Assembly: GCF_024521635.1 (NCBI RefSeq)
Contig: NW_026250430.1
Span: 310,001-374,000 of the forward strand
Source: Tricharina praecox
Taxonomy: Eukaryota
Direction of reading: 5' to 3'
Length of the DNA: 64,000 bases
Position numbers and translations under genes: made by a program. The notes below the pieces were generated by a model, which saw only the letters and a list, made by a program, of their open reading frames with translations, was not told the DNA's origin and made no database searches. Shown here piece after piece: positions 49,383 through 63,360 of the stretch. How positions within the stretch are numbered: the first letter of the stretch is position 1; each line of letters starts with the position of its first letter.

Positions 49383-50131
49383 TTGATCATTGACCGAGCA
49401 TTGATGCCGTGCGATGCGATACCCAAGTAAGTCGAGGCTGGCCGGCTGGGTGGCTTGCCTGCTTGCTTGCTGCAAGCCCGCCCGCCACCACCGCCACCAC
49501 CGCCACCACCACGCGGGTGTTCGTCCGTTGTTCCTTTGCATTTGCCTTTGCCTTTGCCTTTGCCTTATGAAGTATGTATGTACCGTATGCGCATAATCTG
49601 GGTGGGTATGCAAACAGCACTGCACCACACCGCACTGCATTGTTGCGAATGTGAGTCGACTTTGACTTGACTTGCCGTGCCTAGAACCTGCCCCTCCCCT
49701 CCCCTCCCCCCCTCCCCCCCGCACCTCTACATACATCAAGTACATGAACTACCACCTCCCGCACAGAGGTACTCTAGTTGCTCTACTCTACGATATGTAC
49801 TGCTTGGCACCCGGCGCGGCAAACGCTCGCCGAAAGCTTAACCTGCCTTGTTTCTTTCTCCCCTTCGTAGTAGTTGAATTGCCAGTTGGATCGTATCGTA
49901 CCACATCTACTAAAAACTAACTTGGGTATTCAATGGGATTCCAACTCGCGCTGTATGGATCTGATCTAACTAGCCGGCTCGGGGGAGGATGGAAACATCC
50001 TGAAATAAAGCGGGAAAGAAAAAGAAAATGGAAAAAGAAACAGAACCGGAAAAAAGAAAAAGAACCGGGAAAAAAAAGGAAAAAACCCCCCTCAACGGGT
50101 AGCCCCGCGACACCACTCTCACTGGACTCGA

Positions 50132-52583
50132 CTATTTTGCGCACACCTTCCCGTCGGTAACGGTCCAGTCGTCACTGCCGACGCAGTTCCCGCAATACAG
50201 CAGTCCGGTGGGATCCACCTTATTTTTGATTTGCAGCAGCCGGTCGATGCTGCTTCCGAAGAAGGCCTGGTACTTGTTTTCCTCGTGCAGGTCGCACTAT
50301 CCGTCCAGGCACCGCCGCCGGTCAGTATATATCACCTATCACCTGCGCATGTTTCTCCCAAGCCAGACTCCGACGATCTGCCCAAGAGGGCGGATGGACG
50401 GATGGACGGAGGGAGAGACGTACCTCGTTAATGTAAGCTCCGGAGCCGGGACTGAGCTTCCGCAGACCGGAGGTTCTCTTGGCGAGGGCGAGGCGCTGCG
50501 CCTCGACGGCGGCGGGCTCGGCGCCGCTGCTCGTGGTCTCCAGCACGATCATGTGGGAGATCGCGTTCCTCCAGGCGGCATTCAGGGCGACGCTCAGGTT
50601 TGCGTTGCGCGCCACCTTGCCGCCCGCGACTAGGTGGCCGAGCAGCTGGGTCGCGCCGTTTGCTGCCGTCCTGAACGCCGCGAGGAAGGCGGCGGGGTCG
50701 TCGCTCATCGCCGATGCCGGAAGCAGGCGCGACGACATCAGGAAGCCGCCACCGGTAGACACCACCGCGGTGCCGTTATCCGCTGCGTACCCAGCAACCA
50801 GAGAGGCGTACGAGGTGGCCGAGACCGTGAGCGTAGATGTCAGCAAGCCAGTGCTGTTGGCGCTGGCGGAGATGGCCTGGAGCTTGGCCATCAGCGGGGC
50901 GAATGCTGCCCTGGTCTGCTCCGGCGTGACGTCAAAGTGGTAGATGGTGAAGCTGAAGGACTTGATGCTGGGGGTGGTGTAGTAGTAGCCCATGACGCCC
51001 GCCTCCGAAAGCTGGCCCAGAGCTTCGTTGACAGCTCCAATGCCGCTCCACCATGTGTCCGCCACCCCAGAAAGATCCGTCGTCGACAGCAACAGCGATC
51101 CAACGACTATCTTCTCCGGAATGGGATACGTCTTGATGGTGACGCTGGTCACCACCGCAAACGTTCCGCCGCCACCACCACGGAGTGCCCAGAACAGATC
51201 CGGATTGGTACATTCGTTGATGGTGATAATCTTTCCGTCCAGACCCACCGCCTCGAACTCCAGAACCTGGTCTGCGGCCATCCCGTAATGGGCGCCCCAC
51301 GGTGAATGTCCACCGCCCTGAATATCTGCCGAAGGGACGAAAAAAAAGAAACTAATTAGCCAACAGATACTCCTCACTCGCATCCCAAAAGCCGAAAGGG
51401 GATTGCAAGAGCAGATTTGGGTTTTTCATCGATAAGGATAACGTACAACCACCCACGGAGCCGACAGACTGGAAACATATCATTGGCGCGAATTAGCCTC
51501 TCTTTCTCTCTCCACATTCATTTAAATCCTTCATCCGACTCGCTGCCTCGCCGCCTGGTCGAGAGGGCGCTCAAGCACGATAGAGTGAACTTACCGCACT
51601 TGCACCGCCGACAACCAACCTTCCAGCGGCGAGAGCTTCTGAGTAGGTGTCCTTCCATTGGTTCCCGCCCGTGATCTTGCCGGCATATTGCGCCTTCGAC
51701 CCGGGACAGGACGTCTTGAAGTCGGAGAAGAATTCGCTCCCTTTCCATTCGTGCAGCCAGATGCTTAGGCTGCCCCGCGCGATGCTCCTGTACGAACACA
51801 CCGTCACATTTATCTTAACTTATCTGCTCCCCACGTAGACTACTATGGAGCCAGCTGGGAATTGATTGCAAACGGGAAGCTGGTTCGCTGCTACTGCTGC
51901 TGCTGCGCGTATGCAGGAATGGGGGGAAGAACATACCTCCCAATGAAGTCCTGTGAGCCGCGATGGTTAGCATCAAATGATTGCGGGGTGATCGTAGAGT
52001 GATCACTGAGGACTCGGGTGATGCGGGGGTGGGGGGAAGCCCGGGAAAAAAAAGCAAGCAAAAAACACACACACGCGCAACTCGGGGGTGCGGCCGTGGC
52101 GCTTAAAGCAGAGCAACTTACATGGCCGGTATTCTTAATATTAAGTCTTAAATTCCTCTTCTTTGCAAACCTGACGACCGCGGCGATATCCCTCCTATTC
52201 TTTGCTTGGAGCACATACTCAGGATAGTAGCCCTGTGTGCACGGCGCGCCTACCGCCACCGCCGGAGGATTGCACGTGTTGTTTGTGTATGTCGTCGCGC
52301 GCACAAGCCCCGGATCCGCCTGCACCAGCGCCTGCGTCACCCACTTGCTGCGCACGGAAGCGCACCCCGCGGCGTCGTACTGAGAGCTGGTGGAGGAGCA
52401 TACGCTCCCCAAAGGTACGTACGCAAAGAGGTTGCCGCCCACGGTCCGGTTCAGTGTGCGCCAGTCGGCTAAGGAGGGCCAGCCGGCGTCGCCAGGGTAC
52501 GTCTTGCAGTGGGATGGGCTGGGCGAAGAGGCCCCAGGGCGCGCCAGCAGGAGGAGCGTCGTGGTGAGGAGACTGAGTATCAT
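50132..52583 (-). CDS. Secreted FAD-linked oxidoreductase (berberine-bridge-enzyme / isoamyl alcohol oxidase-like), multi-exon
   Basis: Signal peptide; CKTYPGDAGWPS; IKNTGH|DFIGR|S (flavinylation His motif, 14-nt micro-exon); QGGGHSP; DLFWALRGGGGGTFAVVTS; GAYINE; IKNKVDPTGLLYCGNCVGSDDW. Confidence 0.92.
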
Positions 52584-55068
52584 GGTTGCTACTTGTTACT
52601 TGCTGGCGGGCTGGCTGGCTGGCTTCGGTGCGGTTGTGAATACTGGTTCCCGACAGCTCGAAAGCGCACAAGACTCTCGCAGTATTATACCAAGTTACCA
52701 AGTTACCAACGATAGGTATAGTGGATCATCCACGGTTGAGGGACTGACTGACTGTCGCTGACCTTGCCACATACCGTAGGCACCGTAGGCTGTGGATCCT
52801 CCTCAGCCTGTTGTAGGCATGATAAGCCTGGCCACCACCGCCACCGACAAGCGCTATATACCTTCCCTTCCTTCCTTCCTTGCTGGCCATAAACGAATGT
52901 CGAAGGTGGATACTCAGACGAGGAAATTGCATGTTAATGCGAAAGGAAGCCTTGTAGGCTACCTAGTATGTAGGTCCTAAATAGACGCGGAGCGGTCCGC
53001 CGTCCGCTAAGTATGTCGGCAGAGTACGATCCACAACCGTTGCTCCGACTCCCGTCTTGTCTATCCACCATATCTACCCACCTGATCTACCAATCTATCT
53101 ATCGGCTTCGGCTCTGCCAGCTACCTGCTAACTGCCCATAGGTAAGTTCGCCTCTCTTAAGGGGCACTCAATCTGCCGCGCTGACAGTGGACAGTGCCCA
53201 CCCCCAGTGCCCACCAGCCACCAGCCACCAGCCATCTTGTTGTGCCTGTGCCTGTGCCGCGTACCTGCGTGTGTATATCATTATCATATCTGGAGGATTT
53301 ATTTACCCGAACCGGGTATCTACAATCTAGAATCCACCAACGACCCACGTTTTATTTACTATTACTACCATGTAACCAGTTGAGCCTCAAACCCCGACCC
53401 CCGACCCCCGACCCAGACGAAACCTACTATTAGTTACGCGGACGCGGCCCCTCTGATTGATTAATTTCATAACCGCAGCCTCCACTCCGTAACCGGCGGG
53501 GATAGTTACCGCCGAAGTTTTTTTCCGAGGCGAGCTTGTCGCTCACTCGCTCGCTTCACTGCGCTGAGGTCGCACGGAATGTATATGGGCCGATACCGGA
53601 CTAACGAAGGTAGGAAGTCGGTAGGTACTAGGTAGGTAGGTTATAGGTTGTCGAAAGTTGAGGAGTCTACTGGGTATATCTTGATCGATCCGAGTCTCCG
53701 AGAGAGATAGATGGAGAGAGACATGTATAGGGGGGAGAGAGAGAGGCCTAGATGAAAAGAACATCAATACAGCCTTTCTGCTCTCCTCTAGATACTCTAC
53801 CTAGACTATGGCGAACTGTAGCTACCGTATGTACCAACCTGCTGCTCCCTGCCCGTCCTGTAGATACTAGACTGTAGTACAGCCTATAGGGCCCGGGTGG
53901 GGATCCAATTCCGAGTTTTTCTGGGTCTTCATTGATCATTGATCATTGCGGGTCCGATTCTGATCCCGATTCCAAGAGAGAGAGGGGGTGGGAGAGAACA
54001 TCGATTTATCGCCGCATACGGCCCGTCTTAATTACGGCGACCTTCCTGCCATCTGATCCGACTCCGCGTGAAAAGATCCGGCTGCGAGTGATGACCCATG
54101 TGCAGTGCCAATAGGTACTCTATTCTAAGGGCTGGGGCGGGTGCGCTCCCACAGTCGGACAGCCTGCCCGCCGTCAGTAGTCACTCATGTAATCAATCGC
54201 CACACGTATTTTTAGTTCCCCAGTCCCAGTGTCTCACAGCCAATCTCTCCTATCCTTCGCTTACACCAGCCCCTGTGGAACCAGACAGCCGCGCCCGCCT
54301 CAGGCCGCCCACTGCCCAGTGGCCAGCTTCCGGATGTTCGGCTCGTGATATTGCCTGCCCCAGCTTGTGTATGGTATGGTACGGATGCTGTACATGCGGT
54401 TATGGCGCTTTGGCTGTTTGTCGGCAATGGTGGCTCGCAAAGACTACATAAGATGTATGTAGGTTAGGTAGGTACTCTATGATCTGACTAGCTAACTTCC
54501 TAACCTGGAGGCTGGAGATCTTTACCTACTGCACCTACACGTGTGGCCTGTGGCCACTGGCCAGTAACTACCGTACGGCGTTCATGGTGGGGATTTTTGT
54601 GGAAGGCTCGAACTCGCCGTTGCGATACTGCAGTACATACTTCAGAAGGAAGAGCCTTAAACGGATACGGAAACGGAAATGGAAATGGAAACTGACAGGT
54701 TTGCACGGCGTCGGAGTTGCAAGTTCTGGTAATCGTGCGTATGTAAAGGTTGGTCTGTAGTGTGCAGTGTACCTACCGAAGTAACCCTAAAGGAACACTC
54801 GAGGGCGAGGGATACGGTAGTAGCCGCTCTCGGGCCGGCGCGGGGTGCTGCATGCTGTGGCGGACACTGAGCGGTCACTCGCCCGCGCCACACCACTGGC
54901 ACAATATATCACTCGGCTTAGAATACCGAGCGATCACTCGGAGTCGGCGGCGGCAGCGGCGACGGGAATTCGAGAGCCCTCCGCTGCCTCTTTCCCTCCC
55001 TTCCTTCCTTCCTCCCTCTTATCTTCCTTTACCACTCAACTAACCCGACACCGCACAGCCACAGCATA

Positions 55069-55356
55069 ATGGGATGTCCACTATCCTGTCCATCCACCAG
55101 TCGCAAGACCACCACCTCCAACTCCACCACGACCACCACGACCACCGACCGCTTCGTCACTGGAATCAGCGCAGAGCCAAAAGCGCTCAGGCCTGCCACT
55201 GGGAACAACATCACTGTCACCACGAACATCACCGTTGCTGTCGCCAGCGTCGCCGTCGAGCCGCCCGCCGGTAGGAACGTCAACAAGCCAGCCCGCGAGA
55301 CCGTGGTGCCTAATAACTGGGGGAAGGGGTTCGCCAGGTACAATCTGAGAGGCTAA
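55069..55356 (+). CDS. Hypothetical 95-aa Thr-rich protein with N-terminal MGC (possible lipidation) motif
   Basis: Pyrimidine-rich leader, ATAATGG context, C-ending codon bias; no domain recognised. Confidence 0.4.
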   Translation: MGCPLSCPSTSRKTTTSNSTTTTTTTDRFVTGISAEPKALRPATGNNITVTTNITVAVASVAVEPPAGRNVNKPARETVVPNNWGKGFARYNLRG

Positions 55357-55630
55357 AGAGGGAGAGGTGGAGGATGATTAATGGGAGAGTGGGAAGATGT
55401 TAACAACGGAGGAATGAAAATGGAGTCGACAGTTGGCGCTGCGGAGATCTCTTTGGTTTTATGTGTTCGAGGCGTGGACGAGGTACCTACATCGGTACAT
55501 ATTCCCGTGATATTATTTGCGATGTAGGTCCATGATATTTGGAACTCCTGGCAGTAAACAAAGTACACACACTCATCATCTCTCGATACCACACCTCTGC
55601 ACTCCAGAATCACACATACGGGTTTCCAAC

Positions 55631-55700
55631 CAGGGAAAGCAACATAACTAGGGAAAGCAACAAAATTAGGGAAAGCAACAAACTAGGGAAAGCAACAAAA
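55631..55700. repeat. ~17-18-bp tandem repeat (TAGGGAAAGCAACAAAA) x4
   Basis: Four copies of AGGGAAAGCAACA just downstream of the gene ending at 55739. Confidence 0.85.
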
Positions 55701-55738
55701 CCGCAAGCTTGAAACCAAACCATCCACAGATACCCCCA

Positions 55739-56466
55739 TCAGTCCCAGTCCCTGATATCAGGCATCGGCTTCGCCCTCCAGTTTTCCTCGTATTCCTTAT
55801 CGGTACCTCTATGGCAGCAAGTCGGGAAAAAAGCCTGTCTGTCGCATTAGCCCCGGTCTCGCCAGCCACAAGAGTGATACATACCATCATCGCCGCCAGA
55901 TTCCCATCATCAGTTCTCACATAACCACCTTTCACCTTACTATCAGCCAAGTTCTCCCTCCAGCCCGCACCTCCAGCCCACACTCATAGGTACATACCAT
56001 GAATCTTTCCCACCGCGTCCTGATGTTTCTTCCGGATGGTGCACCTCCAGAGCACCTCGCCGAGCATACTCTTGCACAGCTTCGAGTCGATCCAGGTTCC
56101 GCGGTGGCGCGCCACGAAGCTGACCTGGATGTGCGTGGCGTAGCCCTTCGTCGGCAGCGGGACGCTGATCACCAACGTGCCGCCCTTGGCCACCCATCGC
56201 GGATGCCCAGAGTACCCAAACAGGGCGCCGCATCCAAGATTGATCGATCCCTCCATCCCAGTGGTCCACCCCCATGACGCCGTGTGCTTGTAGTTGTTCG
56301 TGTGGCAGCTGAGGGAGTTCCAGCGCTTTGTGAGGGGAGGAGCGGGAGCATCGGGGAGAGGATTAGCCACTGTGGGGCATGCGAGGAGGAAAGTGGTGAG
56401 AAACTGGGCTGCTGTTAGTTGATATCGTTGGGTAGATGGAGTGCTTCCCACCTTGAGGAGAAGCAT
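55739..56466 (-). CDS. Small secreted Cys-containing protein with Kex2 (KR) site, ~4 exons
   Basis: MLLLK|FLTTFLLACPTVA signal after removing a 48-nt intron; LTKR|W; LCKSMLGEVLWRC..GG pattern; the last two exons are inferred from GTATGT..AG introns. Confidence 0.7.
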
Positions 56467-57155
56467 TGCTTCGGAATGTAGTCGCTGTAGACCTATGGCG
56501 TTCGGTATCGATACGTCTAGCTATCGCCCAACAGGTTGCAAGTTGCGAACCCACGCATTTATAGAAGCCTCGAGAGCGTACGCCTCCCACTCTCACGCGC
56601 CCATTACATCCGACAGGATGCATAACCTGCGGTCGCCGAATGACGTCGAGCGTAGACGGGAAGCCGCTTGGAATTTGCCGCGTTCGGTGATACATACTAG
56701 CCGGGCGACACAACAATGGTTTGACGTTTCAAGAGAGAGAGAGAGAGAGAGATGCATAATGCACCGCCACTGCTGCTGCAGCCCGTCCATCAGCTCGAGT
56801 TTGTTTTTGGTTTTTTGGTTTAAACCCTGTCAGCTGGAGTGCCAAACAGGGAAATTCCGAAAAGCCTGAAAATCCACGCCCACGACGGAGTCCGGACCGA
56901 AACAACGGTGCACTTGCACTCGTACCAAGGGCAAGAGTTTTTTTTTTTTGCAATGGATCACCGGAGTCGTTAGTAGTTAGTAGTTAGTAGTTGTGTACGC
57001 AACACGAAGCGGTGCAAGCCCGCAGCTCGTGCTGAATACAGCAGAGTGAGTATGTACCTATACCCCCTGTCTCACCTGCGGAAGTTACACATGCTCATCG
57101 CTGAAGATGAGGAGGTTGTTACGATGATTGAGCTTCTCAAGGTCAGGAATTGAAC

Positions 57156-58050
57156 TTAAAACCGCGCTAGCCTATACGCCATATCAGCCTGGTGCTGATG
57201 ATGGCCGCCGTTCATCCCAGGTTGGGCCCTGCGAGCGGCGGAGGGGTCGGCATTGGCGGCTGCCATCCTCACGGGCGGAGCCGGGCGAGGTTCCCCGTTC
57301 GGCTGATGACTGCCTTTCATCACGAGTTGGGACCCGTGAGCGGCAAAGGGGTCGTCAGTGGCGGCAAAGGGGTCGTCAGTGGCGGCTGCCACTCCCGCAG
57401 GTAGAGCCAGGCGAGATTCGCTGTCCGGCTGAGGCCTCATGTTTGCCTGGGCAAAGGTAAGAAGGTTCACCATCTCGGCAAGGCTCAACGGCCGGTTATG
57501 CTTCTGGAGGAACGTGTCATAGAAAAGGACCGCCCCTTCGAGACGAGCTACCTCCTGTCGGTGCATCTCGGTGGCTTCTTTTACAAGGCGTAACTGGTCG
57601 ACGTGGGTGCATCACATGCGTTTGAGGGTCCACATCTACGCAGGCTGGTTAGCTTGTCACTCTAAGATCGGTGGGGCCGCCGATATCACCTCTACGTCGC
57701 GCTCTTAATTCATTATCCGGACTTCGAGGAACCAGCCGGTCACCTGCACATAGAGATCCCAGGACACGTTGTTCATAAGCCTGAGCTGATTTGGGGGCGG
57801 GAGGTACTCGCTTATGTTGGGGGTCGCTCGTTGGGTTCGTTTCTGGTGATTGAGAGGCTTCGGGGCAGAGCGGCGGGTGTTGTCGGTTTCCTGTATAAAA
57901 AAAAGTTGACAATGAAGAGCAGATATTGGCATATTAGTTTTGCGGGGGCCTTGTTATTAAACGAGGGAGTTCGAAACTTTGGTTGCCTTTCAAGGTTTTG
58001 GAACTCCGCGTCTATCTTAACTTTCACGACTATGAGGAGTTCAGCTTAAG
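57156..58050 (-). pseudogene. Degenerate coding remnant with internal duplications
   Basis: 136-aa ORF with AATDDPF x2 (21-bp duplication) and a diverged ~100-bp duplication, preceded by short stop-interrupted ORF fragments; no family recognised. Confidence 0.3.
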
Positions 58051-60826
58051 TGTATGCGGCTGGCGCTATCTGTATCGGAATTCGGGGAACGTCGTATTTG
58101 AGTTTTCTTTCACCTCTTAGGTCGAGGCCCAGTTCCGCAGCCAGTACAAAGTCAAGGCACGTCACTAACCATTATAGTGTTTTATCGCCTCGCAATCAGT
58201 TATCTGCGTTCTCCTAATGCTATCACGATGGATTTTATGTGAGAGATCGCAAAATCATGCCTCTCGGAGAGATATCACCTGTAACCAACGTGCCACTTTA
58301 ATACCCTCACGGCGGGCCTTCTGACGTTGTCTCGACTTCACGCTGCCGATGCCGTTCCACCGCCACCAAACCAAGACGGTGGACACGCATAGTAGCTTTT
58401 GTACCACACCAGTTATGTTTAAGGACAGCGAAATGTGGCAAATAACCTGTAGCAGTACTAAATAAGAGTCATTAGCTGGAGGCTTCTGGAAATAAGATTC
58501 AGGCTCTGAAACACTATATCTCACTCGTGGTTGAGCACCCATACGCCGAAGATCATCTACCATCTGAACGATAGTAGGTAGCGTGCACGTGGAGCCGAGA
58601 TGACAGAGCTTTCTCTCTACCCCGCGGAGCTGACAGGAAGGGTCGGGAAGTTGGTGGTCGCCGTAGTTTAGTAAGGCCGCACGCGAAAATACATTAAGGG
58701 CAAACGCCTATAATGCCATAATTTTTTTGACTACAGGCGTTCGCCGATAAATCAATGTTTTCTCTCTCTCTCATGGCTCACTTGAAGCAAATTCTCCAGG
58801 TGGTGGAGGGTGCCCGAAATAGAATGGTTGGTTGTTGGGGTTGATAGCTGTGTTTTTCACACGCTTCAGGGGAATATAGTTTAACAGAACGTACATCTGT
58901 CAGGGAAAGCATGATACGTGCGAGTCAAACCTTAGCCTAATACCTAAATGCTATGTATGTGTCCAGAACGTCACCAATGCAAGATATTGTGGCATGCAAC
59001 TGTGGCTGTGGCTTGTCCATAGCGCCTTTGTAGGTTTGTAGCGGGGATGAGAACACCATCTTCGCTATATTGTGAATCACAACATACCAGGCGGCGGTGG
59101 GCAGCGGGCAGCGAGCCATTGTGCAAGACATCGTTCAAACCTTTCACGTAAGTTGACGTACATACGGAGCGCGGCGGTCGACCTTGTCAAGATCACACCC
59201 ACCAAATCCCACACTCACAATCTCCTATCCGTCCCTGTACCGTGCTGACTGCAATCTCAATAGCCCGCGAGATAAACCGATTCACTCCCCTCCAACTGGC
59301 TCGTTTCCGACGTGAACGGACGCGGCAGCTGGTCTCGGCGGCGAAGTACCCACCCTCGGCCCCCCGGCACACGTGTCTCGAATGCAGTGGTTCGAAGTTC
59401 AAACTTCTGTCGACTCAGTAGAAGGGGATAGGAACAAGAAGGAACAGATTGCCTGTGACCCTCCGTGTCCATATAGTCTGTCAGGTGACTCAGGTCTGTC
59501 ATACATATCACCTCACCCGTCGTAGCAGCCGCATGCGGACGGTTCTAGATCCTTCTATGGTAGATCCTTCTTTAACAGATCCTTCTCGATCCTTCCAAAG
59601 TAGATCATTCTCTATACCACCACACGTGGCCTCAAAGAGTTGACTTCTCGAAGGATGTTCTCCTAATCTGGTCCGGCTATTGAGGACATATACGATCACT
59701 CGGTTTCGATCGATAATCGTGGTTTTTCCAGCTCAGTGCTGAGAGGCACCGGCCGTTCAGCCACTTTGGGGGGAGGGCCTTAAGCTTCTATACGGACGAA
59801 GGTTGAAAACGTGCTGGCTGTAGCAGATATGGTGCTGAAAGATTCGGTGCAGACGGGTATGTGCACTCATGTAAAACGTTGAAGCAGGATGAACCCGCGG
59901 CTACCCACGCCGGGGCCAGCACCCGCAACCGCAACTGCAACCTCGCAACCCCGCATAGCTTTCAGGCGACTACCCGCCCCATGGCGCGTACGCGCTCGAG
60001 TCCTGTCACTATTATGCATCCGCCATCTCGTCGTGGGTCTTGTGATGTCGTCATCGTGGGTAACAATACTGGATGCGACGCTGGGCTCTGGAAAGAGTCG
60101 GGACCTGGGGGTTGCTCTGCTGCGGTACTACGTACTATGAATAAGACGTGGGGAACGTGTTGAATATATGAGGTAGATAAACATGACAATAGTATTCGAT
60201 ACCGCAGCAACATCGTGAGCAGCGAGCTCTCTCTATACCTATACAAGCTTCATAGACTAGGAAATCCCTGTATCAATCCCTTCAGGAGGTCGGTGCTCCA
60301 TCACCCGTCACCCATCACCTGTGCTCAGATACCCCACTGGAGTACACTAGGGACATCGTCATCTCCGGACGTCCCATATTCTGACAGAACGTGGGGAACG
60401 TGGAGAAGATGCCGACGACACCCTGCATAGATCGAGCACTCGATCTATCCAAGGCATTACAGCTGGAGGAATATATCCTCGCATCGTGACGTGCATACCA
60501 AGTATGCAACCGTCGGATCGAATCTCCGTCTGCCAGCCGTGATCTACGTGGTTACGGTTTACCGATCTCTATGGTTCTATGGCGCTCGAGTGAGTCTCCT
60601 CGCATGTGCACGTGCGTCGTGAGTTGGAAGATCATTTAGATTCGTCCTACCTCGTATATCTTACTAATGAACATCTTATCCCATGTTTAATCCATATTCA
60701 CAAATCTTTTCCCCTTTTCCCTTATCCCACAAAAAAAACAAAAAACAAAACGCCCCCCAAAACAAAACAAAAAACTATATATCCCCGCCCATCCCCCCTC
60801 CCCCTCCCCACCGCAGACCGCCGCGA

Positions 60827-63360
60827 TCAATCATAATACCCCTTCGGGAAAACCTCCATCATCTCCAAGTCCTCGCCGATATCCAGATGGTGCACGGTAC
60901 CGCCTGTGGAGCTTCGGACTCCATAGCTCATCTTCATCGGGAACGACGCAGCGATCTCCTCGCCGCTTGCGGCACAGCCGGAGGGGCCTAGGCGCTCGAC
61001 GATTGCTATGCGGTGTTAGCCGGGTGTCATGAAACAAGAGTTAGGGGGCGACTTACGTCTCAGCAGTCTTGCGGTCGAGAGGGGCGAGTCTTGTTTGCAA
61101 AAGACCGAGTTCGCGCGGAAGCAGACGAGGAGGGCGAGGATGGCGTGGCCGCCGAGGATTATGCTGAGGCAGAGGTAGACGTAGCGCCAGACTACGAGCA
61201 GCCGCACGCCGGCGTTGAGTCGCATTCCGATCACTTCGACACGAGGATTGTGTCGGTCCATGTTGGCAAGGCTGCCGGCTGTGAAGAGTCCTATCACTGA
61301 CGCCATCATGTCGGCATTGCCGCCCATGTATTGGCCCCATTCCGTGCTGGAGGGCGGTTAGTGTGTGCCGAGAAAGTGGGAGTGAGGGTGTGTATGGTGT
61401 GCCTACGCGTTGTTGTACAGGAAGCTCTGATATAGTTCAATTTTTGTATAATTCACGGGAGTGTACGAGAAGCCGCTCAGGCCGATGGCCGCAGCTGCAC
61501 GCACCGCCGTATTGTCAGGGAGTTCGTGCTCGGGGAGTGTGGCGCCCGTGACTTTCGAGACCGAAACGGTGCAGTTGTAAAAATCGCCTTCTCGGAGCGG
61601 AATATCCTGGTCATCGGTGGGGGACATCTGGAAGACTAGTATCTCTGCGCAGCGCTCGCCGCAGTGGTTTCCCGTATACACGTAGGTGCTGCGGACGTTA
61701 GGTTGACAAAACGAGTGACCGATGTGCTGCGTGACTTACGTTCCCTCTGATCCCACCTGCAGTTAAGTTAGTCACCGCCAGATTAGGAAATAGGTAGGTG
61801 TGACGTACATTATGTAGCCATGTCATATCCTCTCTGGTCTTATTGGAAAACTCGACGGTAATCCGTTCGGCGAGCCCATCCTGTCCTTCGACGATGGCAC
61901 TTCTCGTGCAAGCGGAATCGATCGTGACGGTGCGTTGGGTTACGAAATTGTGAGAGGTGTATTGCCCCGAATACCTTGTCCAATCACTGTACTGCAGTCG
62001 GCCGAGAGAAACCGTGTCAGCCCAGCCAAGGCCTCGTGTAACTAGGTGGTCCACCAATGCTCACCCGATACTTCCAGCCGGTGTAGCCCGACTCGGAGAG
62101 AGTGTTTTCGTCGAGAGGTGAGATGGATGCATCCTCAATCGTCCCGATCGTGTTGATCGTCCCGCCGGCTTGTTTCGCCGTCTCGTTACCGGTGATATAC
62201 GCGAATATCACTACGCGAGCGGATCAGCATCCCCGCGATCAAGCCTTAGTAGAGAGGAAGGAGGTAGTCATCGTACTGTCGCCGTACAGATGCGCCACAT
62301 AGTCCTCCTGCCACGCCGCCGGTGGCGTTGCCTTCGCAGTGTCGGGGTAGTAGTGGTCAAGCATCGTCACGTTTACCTTGCCCGACAGGGTGAATTCGGC
62401 GTCTTCGCTTTCGTGGTTGAATGTCAGACCGAGGATTGCGACGGTGACTTGTGCTCCCTGCGAACCGGATGAGCACCATAACATGCATGAAAGACCGGAG
62501 CCGCCCAGCTTACAAGGCCCAAACAAATCCAGTTCGTCAGGATGAATACCCGCTTGGGATTTCTCTTCCATAGTCCGAGTAGCTTGACCGCCTTCTGATA
62601 ACTCGAGATACTGAGAAGTAGATCCATCTGGGAGGGGGAAGCGCACATCATCCATCAGTTGCCGCATCGAGATATTCCGGATCGAGGCTTCGACCCACCT
62701 CTCGTGCAGTCCATTTCCCCCGCGCCAGAATACTCCATTTCATCATATCGGCCATCGATTTCAACGCATTCTAGTAAACGAGTAAGTACCGTCGTCAGCA
62801 TCACTAAAACACACACACCACCCGTCACCGGGGCAACCACGTACCACCATATTCATACTGATAAATAGCGACAAGCCCAGAAACAACCCGTTGAAAATCC
62901 TCTTCTCGAACTGGGTCAAGATGCCATCGGCCTCGTAATACTTGAACATGACGACCATCAGCGAGCAAAAGAGGAAATTGAGGACCCATCGGGCGATCAG
63001 GCGCTGTGCGAGCTTCCGCAGCTGCTTTAGCGGGCGATAGTTGTGCCCGAGCTTCTTCTGCCCGGGCCGGGCTATGGTCGAGTAGCGCGTCTGCAGTGTT
63101 GCGTGCGCGAACGACGCAATCGGGCCGTCCGCGTCCAACGCTACCGTGTCCACGGTGTGCGGCCCCTTTTCGAGGCCTTCGGGATCGGGCCCGCGAGAGA
63201 TTGATGCGTACGCTGCTTGTCGTGATGCGCTGTTGTTGTTCTCGATTTCGTCGTCGGATTCGGAGGCCGACGAGTAGTGCGGCGGGATGTGCGGTGCGTT
63301 CTCGAAGTGTATCTCTGCTGCATTTGCGCCTTGCACAGGGTGGTACTCGTTGTGCGACAT
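60827..63360 (-). CDS. Multi-exon fungal membrane protein of unknown function
   Basis: MSHNEYHPV start; N-terminal TM segments (EKRIFNGLFLGLSLFISMN); Cys-containing luminal region (CGERCAEI, FYNCTVSVS); C-terminal TM followed by DSPLSTARLLR|PIVERLG..FPKGYYD*; canonical introns at the junctions read. Confidence 0.82.

Noticed and set aside
39600..50100. Many 60-210-aa ORFs outside the TauD gene
   Set aside because: Low-complexity translations of microsatellites without domain, codon or splice support.
33076..52583. Secondary-metabolite cluster (peroxidase, SDR, dioxygenase, FAD oxidase)
   Set aside because: No backbone synthase, transporter or regulator in the window, and the genes are widely spaced.
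55631..55700. Interstitial telomeric repeat
   Set aside because: Only one exact TTAGGG, inside a 17-18-bp minisatellite unit.
58255..59700. Short minus-strand ORF fragments suggesting a decayed gene or transposon
   Set aside because: No recognisable motif, terminal repeats or consistent frame.
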